From a virus (taxonomy: Duplodnaviria > Caudoviricetes), in the IMG/VR virus record IMGVR_UViG_3300025849_003344: 64,000 bases of DNA. One strand, written 5' to 3'. The notes beneath the pieces are model-generated. The model was not told the DNA's origin and made no database searches. It was given only the letters and a program-made list of their open reading frames with translations. The position numbers were made by a program, and so were the translations under genes. This document shows, one piece after another, positions 56,626 through 64,000 of this stretch (positions within the stretch are counted from its first letter, which is position 1; each line of letters begins with the position of its first letter).

Positions 56626-57270
56626 CTAAGCGAGTATTTCTACTAACTCTCCAGAAGTTTGGAGATTGCCATTGTACCGGGTTTCTAATTGTTTTTTGAA
56701 CTTAGCCGTAAATGTACTTGATACAACAGGCATCTGTAATATGATATGACACTCAAGACTTCCGTCCGGGTTAAACGAATCGTAGTCGAGTATTAGTTTA
56801 TCATACAACAAAGAATCCTTCCAGTACACAGCTAAATCAAACATAGTTGCATGATCTGGAATGCCATTTTGGTTAATGAGCTGATAGACTACGACTTGAC
56901 CTTTTGTCGCAAGATCATTCAATCCACCACTCACAAGTGTTTCACTTTCGCCCTTACGATATAAGCCTTCAATTACGATAAGCCTATGGTTCCTAAACGC
57001 CCCAAAATTTTGAGATACAAGATTGATTGCTTCTGCCTGCAGATATAGTTGTCTTGCGATCTGTAGTTTGTCAGCTTCATTTGTGATATGATTCAAGTTA
57101 GTCGATTCACCTGCACCACCAAGAAATCTTGCTATAGTAACACCGCGTGCTAATTTAGTAGCAGCCGTAATCGCAGGTGCGTTGTTTGGATTAAATGTAG
57201 GATCAGGTATAACAGTCTTTAGACTTGGATTAGGGGTAAACTGTTGATACGATTCAGGTCTCTGTGTCAT
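56626..57270 (-). CDS. Baseplate-associated protein with a degenerate peptidase M15A-like pattern
   Basis: LIVIEGLYR / KGQVVVYQL / LYDKLILDY / CHIIL line up with M15A ITSGYR / SQH.KGQA.D / FDQLILE / WIH.S, with metal ligands altered. Confidence 0.45.
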   Translation of the reverse strand: MTQRPESYQQFTPNPSLKTVIPDPTFNPNNAPAITAATKLARGVTIARFLGGAGESTNLNHITNEADKLQIARQLYLQAEAINLVSQNFGAFRNHRLIVIEGLYRKGESETLVSGGLNDLATKGQVVVYQLINQNGIPDHATMFDLAVYWKDSLLYDKLILDYDSFNPDGSLECHIILQMPVVSSTFTAKFKKQLETRYNGNLQTSGELVEILA

Positions 57271-58820
57271 CAGTGCGGTCCTATTGTCGTTTCATTATTT
57301 TGTGGCACAGGTTTCGGGCCAGCAGTTCTACCTATTTCTTTGGGCTGTGGCTTTGTATATTCAGGATTGATCTTACCTTCGGCCACTTGTACTGCCATGA
57401 AGTCTGTATTATTAAGTGTGCCATTATCTCGCATTTTAGATCTGGCCTCTGCAGTAGTTAGCTGTCTTGGTGTAATTCCACCGGTTGATCCTGTTCTATC
57501 AATAGATGATAGCAAGTCACCATTTGGGTCCACCTTCACACTCTGGACGCCATATGAGGACTTCTGGTATGTTGTAGCCATTCCTGCATTGGGTAACGCA
57601 GTAGCCTTAATATCATCAGCCAGAACATCGGTGTTAATTGCATTATTTGTAATTGGAGCTCCTGGCGCACCTACATTACCACCAGAACCAGGTCCTGTAT
57701 CCGGATCAGAATACAGTTGGTGTCTGGACTGTCGAGCTTCTTCTGCAACACCGTCAAGATCACCATGAAACGTAGGTGCAGTCATACTATTACTTGCTAC
57801 AATGTCGCCTTCTACTTCAATACGCACAGCACGAATCGTATCTACGTTAATCGTACCAGCGCCACCTTCACCATCGCCTAACCATAATGTATTACCAAGA
57901 TGATGATTATATGAATATAGTATAATGTTCTCACCACCAAATGTACCTGTATCACCAAAGACCGATAGCTTTGATGCATGAATATTTGTATCCGGAGATG
58001 TTATATTCTGTTGTACCTCAGACGTGACTCGCATAGCTCCACTCGAAAATAATCCGGCAGTACCGTCAACCGCTGTTTCCCATGCACCTTTGACAGCAGC
58101 CGTAAATCCTCCAAGATATGTATCGACCACACCTTTGGCCACAGTAGTGAACTTGCCACCTTTGACAATCAGTCCATCGTTCTTTGCAATATTATATCTT
58201 CGAGCACCATCAATCTCGGCACGTTCGTCACCTGCAATAAACTTATTATAGTTACCCGCAATGTTCAGATTATAATCACCTGTTACATCAACATTCACAT
58301 TACCTTGATATGTCATATGTGCATTGCCTTCAACAACAACATGTGCATCATCTGCAGCAGACACAATAAGACTATTACCAGATGCAAGATAAATAGAACC
58401 ATCAGGTTTAATTTCAATACCCGAACCGCTCTTATGTCTAATCAATATTCTTTCGTTACCAAGCGTATCATCCATTTCAATGATATGACCACCCGGCGTT
58501 TCGGTAACCTGGTTGTTCGGATAGCTTGATGCCGCCTTGTTTGTATCAATCTTGGCCTGATTTGCAATCTCAGGAATCTCTGACTGCAAATCGTAGTTTA
58601 CTTTTTTTGCAGTCTGCAAAGAGGGAATACCGCCATTTGTCGTAAGATCATTACGATTCGTGCCGAGTGATGTTTTATTAAGTGAAGACTGATGCCAATA
58701 GTCTTGACGAGGATACACACCAGCAGGATCTTGAAAACCGTTCGGAAATACTCCGATCTTCTGTGCCGACTGCCCGCCTTCTAATATGCGGTCTTCTAGT
58801 TCATCATTTGTTGTTGTCAT
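57270..58820 (-). CDS. gp5: gp5 C-terminal part (beta-helix needle)
   Basis: YPNNQVTETPGGHIIEMDDTLGNERI..RH.SGS..EI followed by V.G(N/D) beta-helix repeats. Confidence 0.8.
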   Translation of the reverse strand: MTTTNDELEDRILEGGQSAQKIGVFPNGFQDPAGVYPRQDYWHQSSLNKTSLGTNRNDLTTNGGIPSLQTAKKVNYDLQSEIPEIANQAKIDTNKAASSYPNNQVTETPGGHIIEMDDTLGNERILIRHKSGSGIEIKPDGSIYLASGNSLIVSAADDAHVVVEGNAHMTYQGNVNVDVTGDYNLNIAGNYNKFIAGDERAEIDGARRYNIAKNDGLIVKGGKFTTVAKGVVDTYLGGFTAAVKGAWETAVDGTAGLFSSGAMRVTSEVQQNITSPDTNIHASKLSVFGDTGTFGGENIILYSYNHHLGNTLWLGDGEGGAGTINVDTIRAVRIEVEGDIVASNSMTAPTFHGDLDGVAEEARQSRHQLYSDPDTGPGSGGNVGAPGAPITNNAINTDVLADDIKATALPNAGMATTYQKSSYGVQSVKVDPNGDLLSSIDRTGSTGGITPRQLTTAEARSKMRDNGTLNNTDFMAVQVAEGKINPEYTKPQPKEIGRTAGPKPVPQNNETTIGPH

Positions 58821-60466
58821 ACTGTAGCTGTGCTCCGTGCTGTTGATATTTGTGCTACCGTGAGAGGTGCACTCGTACCAGTCGTAATATTATTCTTATT
58901 AAATACCGATGTAACATAACTAGGAACACTGAAACCAGGATCAATTTTATTACCTGGATCGGTATCACTGTGCCCAAATGCCTGTCCACCCGGGAATACT
59001 TTATAGAACGTAGCCAAAAATTCATTCATCGCCTTGTTCTGTGCTGTAGTGAATGATTCTTTACCTACTAAATTCTGATAGCCCGAAGTACCGGACACAC
59101 AAGTATATCCACCCACTAGTGATATACCAATCGATTTATTATTATGACCATTTGCTTTTGCATGTGCACCAGTCTTACCTATAGGTCTACCACGCTGAAG
59201 TCTTCCGTCTCTTCGAATAATATAATGGTATCCGCAGCCGCTGAATCCTCTAGCCAGGTGCCACTGATGTACCTCTTCACTACCAATATCTTGATCCATA
59301 AACGTAGCAGTCCAATGGATAACAACTTCGGTTATCTCACGTGAAGATGATCTCATCTCGGCTTCAAGCTCTTCGGCACCTGCAATGTATGTGAAGTTAT
59401 AAGGCTCTGAATTACTGGACCCGCCACCACTAGTAGTAGCGGCGGGGGCACTAGTAGTAGCGGCGGGGGCACTAGTAGTGGCGCCACCAGTAATACTACC
59501 GCTACTACTGCCAAGTGCTGCGTTATAATTAGAATTAGGTGTATTTGTACGAACGCCATCCCAACCTTGTGCATTTGATCCAATATCAAAGTTAGGCAGA
59601 GTAAGTACAGCATTTCCATACGTAACACGATCAGACAGTTTAGTACTCAGCCCATTAATACCAGATTCAATTTCTCCGATAGGTAATGTTGATACTCCGG
59701 CGACAGCCGCAATAGCTCCGGTGTAATTACCATTTTCAATAAGACGAGCAATTGAATTGAGTTGTGCAGTTTTTAGTTTACCTTGTGTAAGCCCTGATAT
59801 AATCTGTACGACCGGAGTATCAAGCGCATCGACAATGTTTTGTAGAGTCGAGCCAAGCGCAGTGCCAATAGTAAGATTTGCCCGAACATTAAATTCTGAA
59901 ATAACAGGTCCAAGTGTCGCACCCAACGCTTGCTTCATAGCATTTTGAATAAACTTTGCAGACCCTGCAGCCTGCACCGTAGATACTGCTGAAAGCAATT
60001 GGCTTATAGGTTTACCTGTTGCAGTACCTAATAACCTTTGAATAGACTCTCCACCACTTCCAGCAAAATAACTTTGCAAATATCCTGAAGCCGGACCACC
60101 CTGAGTTACTGCAGCCAATGCCGCAGCAGTGTTTAATACGTCCGTAAATGTTGAATGCCCACCAGAACCACCAGAAAATAAACTTGCAATGTCAGTTACA
60201 AGCGATGATGCAAACCCGTCTACAGCATCAGTAAGTTTTATTGTTGCTGTACCAAATATATTGTCACCAAACTGTCCTGGATAATCTGCGACAGAAGTCA
60301 GGGCTTGAATTCCGTTTAGTATTTCTCCTTGAGACCCACCAAGCTTTGATGTGAGCTGAGCATTATACTCTCCTACAACCTGGTTGCCTGCAGCAAGCAA
60401 ACCATCACGCGGAAGTCTTTGGTCAAATGTAGATAAAACACTATTAACTTTGTTAAACGAAACCAT
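58817..60466 (-). CDS. Virion-associated N-acetylmuramoyl-L-alanine amidase (Amidase_2, T7-lysozyme-like) with a long N-terminal region
   Basis: VVIHWTA, WHLARGFSGCGYHYIIRRDG..QRGRP...GAHA.GHN..SIGISLVGG, FGHSD and KIDPGF motifs. Confidence 0.85.
   Translation of the reverse strand: MVSFNKVNSVLSTFDQRLPRDGLLAAGNQVVGEYNAQLTSKLGGSQGEILNGIQALTSVADYPGQFGDNIFGTATIKLTDAVDGFASSLVTDIASLFSGGSGGHSTFTDVLNTAAALAAVTQGGPASGYLQSYFAGSGGESIQRLLGTATGKPISQLLSAVSTVQAAGSAKFIQNAMKQALGATLGPVISEFNVRANLTIGTALGSTLQNIVDALDTPVVQIISGLTQGKLKTAQLNSIARLIENGNYTGAIAAVAGVSTLPIGEIESGINGLSTKLSDRVTYGNAVLTLPNFDIGSNAQGWDGVRTNTPNSNYNAALGSSSGSITGGATTSAPAATTSAPAATTSGGGSSNSEPYNFTYIAGAEELEAEMRSSSREITEVVIHWTATFMDQDIGSEEVHQWHLARGFSGCGYHYIIRRDGRLQRGRPIGKTGAHAKANGHNNKSIGISLVGGYTCVSGTSGYQNLVGKESFTTAQNKAMNEFLATFYKVFPGGQAFGHSDTDPGNKIDPGFSVPSYVTSVFNKNNITTGTSAPLTVAQISTARSTATV
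59428..59479. repeat. Exact 21-bp tandem repeat (about 2.5 copies) encoding a SAPAATT linker
   Basis: CACTAGTAGTAGCGGCGGGGG repeated without mismatch. Confidence 0.9.
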
Positions 60467-61299
60467 TAGGTTCTAATTCCTTCCCACACTGCAATCCCGG
60501 CAGGCTTGCGGCCATACCATGGACCCCATCCACCACGTTTTGCCTGGGCCAATGCAAATTCTACTTGTTTAGTAACACCGGCTTTCGTATTGTCAGTCGC
60601 AAGATCTCTTCCGGTAGCGCGCTCATAATCATTACCCATACCTCCACCAACATACAACTGAAAAGGACCGTACGATGCTTCGCGACCATTCCTTTTTAAT
60701 TGATTGCCTGTAGTAACACCTGACTGATACTGACCTCCGCCTTCGGCTTTCCATAATCTAACCGCAACATTTGGATCAATACTTACTTTGTTTGCTTCAC
60801 TTCTGATCGTCTGTTCTATCCATGCGAGAGATATATCGGGCGGATATACCGGAATACCTGTAGTAGATGTCGTTGATGCGCTTGAACCCATACTGTTGTT
60901 TACTGTACCCACAGCCCGTGCAAGAGCAGGATCGACTTGTCCAACACCATAACCAATTTCGACTGATTGCGCCTTGACAAGCTGTTGTTCAGACGGCACT
61001 TCAAGATGTGGAACTACGCCTATGATAAGTGGAAGCTGTGATCCTTCGCCGTCCATAAAGAACCCAACAACCTGTGCACCCGGTAAAAGCATAGGCATCG
61101 CACCGATACCTGAAGTACCGCCGCTTGTTGTTGGTTGCATCACTGTAGCCCAAGGCAGTTTGGCATTAGGAATTGCATCTAGCGCCGAGTTATGGATACC
61201 AAAAATGCGAACTTGTGTTCTTCCGAGCATAAGCGGATCTAGGTTATTAACTACTACGCCCATGAACCAGCGAAAGTTATCACCATAATGACTCATCAT
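60466..61299 (-). CDS. gp5: gp5 N-terminal OB-fold fused to a lysozyme-like domain
   Basis: WFMGVV.N..DPL.LGR.QVRIFG.H, LPWA and VVGFFMDGE..Q.P.IIG motifs. The C-terminal AEGG...GPFQL...GGWGPW resembles a lysozyme/transglycosylase fold. Confidence 0.8.
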   Translation of the reverse strand: MMSHYGDNFRWFMGVVVNNLDPLMLGRTQVRIFGIHNSALDAIPNAKLPWATVMQPTTSGGTSGIGAMPMLLPGAQVVGFFMDGEGSQLPLIIGVVPHLEVPSEQQLVKAQSVEIGYGVGQVDPALARAVGTVNNSMGSSASTTSTTGIPVYPPDISLAWIEQTIRSEANKVSIDPNVAVRLWKAEGGGQYQSGVTTGNQLKRNGREASYGPFQLYVGGGMGNDYERATGRDLATDNTKAGVTKQVEFALAQAKRGGWGPWYGRKPAGIAVWEGIRT

Positions 61300-62687
61300 A
61301 GCTTTGTATTACCTTTATAGTTTGTTATCTTAACAAGCGATAACTTTACTGAATACTCAGTCTTACCAAATATGTGATTACAACCATATATCAAATAGTC
61401 ACCAGATCTTTTCTGATCAATTTCTACCTCTTCATTCGAACCTTTAGGTTGTTGATTGGCCATAGTAAGAATAGAAACAATTTGACCAATAGTCCGATGG
61501 TCGCCTTGTGGAAAGAATTGTCTACCTGCAACATGTATTTCTACAGATGATTTACCTAACATATTACGCAGTGATATACTTATTGCCTTTGAGAAATGTC
61601 TTGACGTCGTGCCTTCTTCATATATATTAGACATTCCGGGTTCAAATGTTGATGTCGTAGCAATACGACTCACTCGCTTTGTCCTATATTCGTTAGCCGA
61701 TTTATTATTAAATTGTGTCATAATATCAAATACAGGATTAGCTCCGGACGGCAAGACATGCTTAAATACCTTACCCACATCATATGCAAAAGAATGTTCT
61801 AGTGCAGTAGTGGTATCAAGGTATTCGTACTGTGCACCTACATCGCCATTCATAATAAGAGCCAAGGCATTCTCATTGTTCTTCATATCAAAGGACATGA
61901 TATTAAGTGACACTGCATCACCAGCACCAGGATTCTGTTGTGCATATACAGTAGAATATAAAAATGGATTCTCGGCATTCATCGATGGTTCTGTCAAGAG
62001 TGTATATAGATCAAAGAATCTCAGATCATTATCGTTAAGACTTGAGTAACAAAAATAAGGAGCACCTTGCAGACCGCTAGCCCGCATCTTCATTTTTTCA
62101 ATAATCTCAAGCGGTGTCATATTAGGCACTAGATATCGCATAGTGTTCTGCATTTCTGCTGAAGAACTACTTGCAGCAGCAACTATCTCAGGAAGATCTG
62201 ATCCTGCATCACTTGCACTTGAACTGCCTTGCTTATATAATCTTTTGGTTGAACCAAAGTTATCAAGTAGCACATGCTCTATAATTTCAGATGGCTTACC
62301 CTCGTACATCTTATTAACATTAATCATCGATGAGATGTATGAGTCTTTGTCTATAAGCTTAAGTGTCACAACATCTGAGGTATCTGATGCAGGATGTATT
62401 GAACTTATTTCGCGCACCGCAAATTCTTTTTTAATCTTGTAGTCTGTTTGATATAGGCCAGCAATAATAGTAATAGTCTCTGTACCATTAAAGTCCACAG
62501 CCTCAACAATTCTTGCGTCATCATAGAATACAAGTGAGCCTGTAAGATACGCACGGTTTAGATTTTCAAATACCTCGATCTCTACGACAGACGCAGTAAT
62601 ATCGAATTCATGTTCATTCCTGCCGTGTGTAATCGTAACCTTCTCAAGCTTATACTCGAGTGGGCTTTTTGGGGTATACTCTGACAT
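61296..62687 (-). CDS. Baseplate hub protein (gp27-like)
   Basis: DIT..VVEIEVFENL...YLTGSL...D pattern; size and position between gp53 and gp5. Confidence 0.55.
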   Translation of the reverse strand: MSEYTPKSPLEYKLEKVTITHGRNEHEFDITASVVEIEVFENLNRAYLTGSLVFYDDARIVEAVDFNGTETITIIAGLYQTDYKIKKEFAVREISSIHPASDTSDVVTLKLIDKDSYISSMINVNKMYEGKPSEIIEHVLLDNFGSTKRLYKQGSSSASDAGSDLPEIVAAASSSSAEMQNTMRYLVPNMTPLEIIEKMKMRASGLQGAPYFCYSSLNDNDLRFFDLYTLLTEPSMNAENPFLYSTVYAQQNPGAGDAVSLNIMSFDMKNNENALALIMNGDVGAQYEYLDTTTALEHSFAYDVGKVFKHVLPSGANPVFDIMTQFNNKSANEYRTKRVSRIATTSTFEPGMSNIYEEGTTSRHFSKAISISLRNMLGKSSVEIHVAGRQFFPQGDHRTIGQIVSILTMANQQPKGSNEEVEIDQKRSGDYLIYGCNHIFGKTEYSVKLSLVKITNYKGNTKL

Positions 62688-63421
62688 TATCTAAACTCTT
62701 CGCGGAACGCTTTTGCAATCTGGGTAATAGATCCAGGCTTTATAACCTTTATCTCTTTGAGGCCGTCGTTCTGTTCTCTATAATATTCAAGATTAGTTAT
62801 AGGTGTAAGTTCGGACGAAATAACACCTGAGTGAGGATTAATATCACTTAGCTGTTTATCTCCATTTACATAATGCTTAATCGCATTAACCTGATCAATA
62901 GAGTTTGTGAGTGTGACCGATTGAATAGAATCACCAACCTGTGATGTAATAATTTCGGTCTTTCTAAAGGTACCAACAATCGTAGTCCTATCAATAATGA
63001 TCTGACCTAGATCTAGATTACGTCCAATGATTTTACCTGTAGCACCAGAGGTTGAACCGGATATCATTGCTCCGACTTTAAATATGCCTGTTAAAATTGC
63101 ATTGGTAGTTAATACTTGGTGTGGAAAGTCTGTTGTAGCCCTCTCTTTGAGTTGCTGTTCTGACAGTGGCCAACCTTGTTCACGTATATTATCATTCATC
63201 ATAAAGAATGTATAATAGTAATCAGGTGTGTCATACAGTTGCATAGAGACCTGATCAGGACGATCACCTTCTTGGATGTAGAACTTACGATAAAAAGCTA
63301 TAGTATCCTTTACTACATCAATTACTTCTACATATGCAGATATATTAGGAAAGCCTACGTTCGCAAGGTTATTACCAAATGAATATGGTGTAATCGGAAA
63401 GTTTTTAAAGTATGTTGACAT
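62687..63421 (-). CDS. gp53: Baseplate wedge protein gp53
   Basis: YFKNFP...Y, I.EGDRPDQVS..LYD.PDYY.TFFMMND...GWPLS motifs. Confidence 0.9.
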   Translation of the reverse strand: MSTYFKNFPITPYSFGNNLANVGFPNISAYVEVIDVVKDTIAFYRKFYIQEGDRPDQVSMQLYDTPDYYYTFFMMNDNIREQGWPLSEQQLKERATTDFPHQVLTTNAILTGIFKVGAMISGSTSGATGKIIGRNLDLGQIIIDRTTIVGTFRKTEIITSQVGDSIQSVTLTNSIDQVNAIKHYVNGDKQLSDINPHSGVISSELTPITNLEYYREQNDGLKEIKVIKPGSITQIAKAFREEFR

Positions 63422-64000
63422 TATTGGACTCCACTCTGCGCATTAGCATTAGGCAGGTGGCTGGTTTCAGCTATCTGTGTATCTAAAAATGTCTGCCACC
63501 ATTCTTTATAGTTACCGCCAATTGGATCAAGATCGTATGTAATATCATCGCGAGACATTGTAACGTGTTCAATAAAGTTGAGACTCAAATCAATCTCACT
63601 AAATTTGCCATCCTTATAGAAACTCTGGGATGTACCATTGTAAGTTGTTGATACTGATCTAAGGAATGCGGGTAGCAATCGCTGTCCAATCTGCTTACCG
63701 TTATATAGCATCTGAATAGCAAACTTGTTAGGAAATTTATAACCTACCGAAATATCACCAACTTGAATAGACTCAGGATACAATTCGGTTCGAAAAAACT
63801 TAACGATGTTTTCAATTTCACGTCCTTCTTCCACATTACGTGGTAGGAATTTAAATTGGAATGAATGTTCTCTATGGTTAACAGTCTTGAATGTAGCTCT
63901 TGTGTTAGGATTTACCGCAGTCTGAGTTGCGTTAGAAGCGATTGCACCGGCCCTATCACCCGCTAGTCCGCTTAGTTTACTCATAACAACACCACCAACA
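63421..64000 (-). CDS. gp48: Baseplate tail-tube cap gp48 (5' end outside the window)
   Basis: NPN...TFK.VN.REHSFQFKFLPRN..E...I..IVK.FR..LYP and LSLNFIE motifs. The frame stays open to the window edge. Confidence 0.85.
   Translation of the reverse strand, partial: VGGVVMSKLSGLAGDRAGAIASNATQTAVNPNTRATFKTVNHREHSFQFKFLPRNVEEGREIENIVKFFRTELYPESIQVGDISVGYKFPNKFAIQMLYNGKQIGQRLLPAFLRSVSTTYNGTSQSFYKDGKFSEIDLSLNFIEHVTMSRDDITYDLDPIGGNYKEWWQTFLDTQIAETSHLPNANAQSGVQ

Noticed and set aside
2316-63382. Many 60-170 aa ORFs antisense to, or out of frame within, the structural genes (for example 2461..2928, 48982..49500, 57244..57768, 61609..62049)
   Set aside because: They are shadow frames of strongly supported genes, with no ribosome-binding sites or recognisable motifs.
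1-64000. Stop-codon reassignment, selenocysteine, or tRNA genes
   Set aside because: Standard-code ORFs tile the window almost without gaps and conserved genes are full length. No intergenic space with a cloverleaf pattern was found by eye.

Overview
A 64-kb segment of a T4-like myovirus genome resembling marine phages. It carries the virion morphogenesis module, almost entirely on the minus strand: partial gp48, gp53, a hub-like gene, a split gp5, gp25, gp6, gp7-like, gp9-like, gp8, a DUF4815/VrlC-like protein, two very large fibre/adhesin proteins, six tandem Cys-rich paralogs, gp13-gp23, gp3, uvsY and partial uvsW. These genes are punctuated by T4 late promoters (TATAAATA). Accessory genes include a near-complete ADP-heptose pathway (split hldE, gmhB, hldD; no gmhA in the window), a GT9 heptosyltransferase-like gene, two carbamoyltransferase genes, two GT-A glycosyltransferases, a methyltransferase, YbaN and a tetrapyrrole cassette (ALA synthase, heme oxygenase, PcyX-like bilin reductase). 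The cassette suggests an alphaproteobacterial host (inference). The two strongest leads are: (1) a possible phage-encoded virion O-glycosylation system, since tail and baseplate proteins are strongly enriched in the dipeptide Asp-Ser (about 34 DS versus about 3 DT in one fibre protein) while the enzymes are not; (2) the six Cys-rich genes form a duplicated C-B-A triplet, suggesting two heterotrimeric modules. All assignments come from motif recognition and gene order, and all counts were made by hand. No database search was run.
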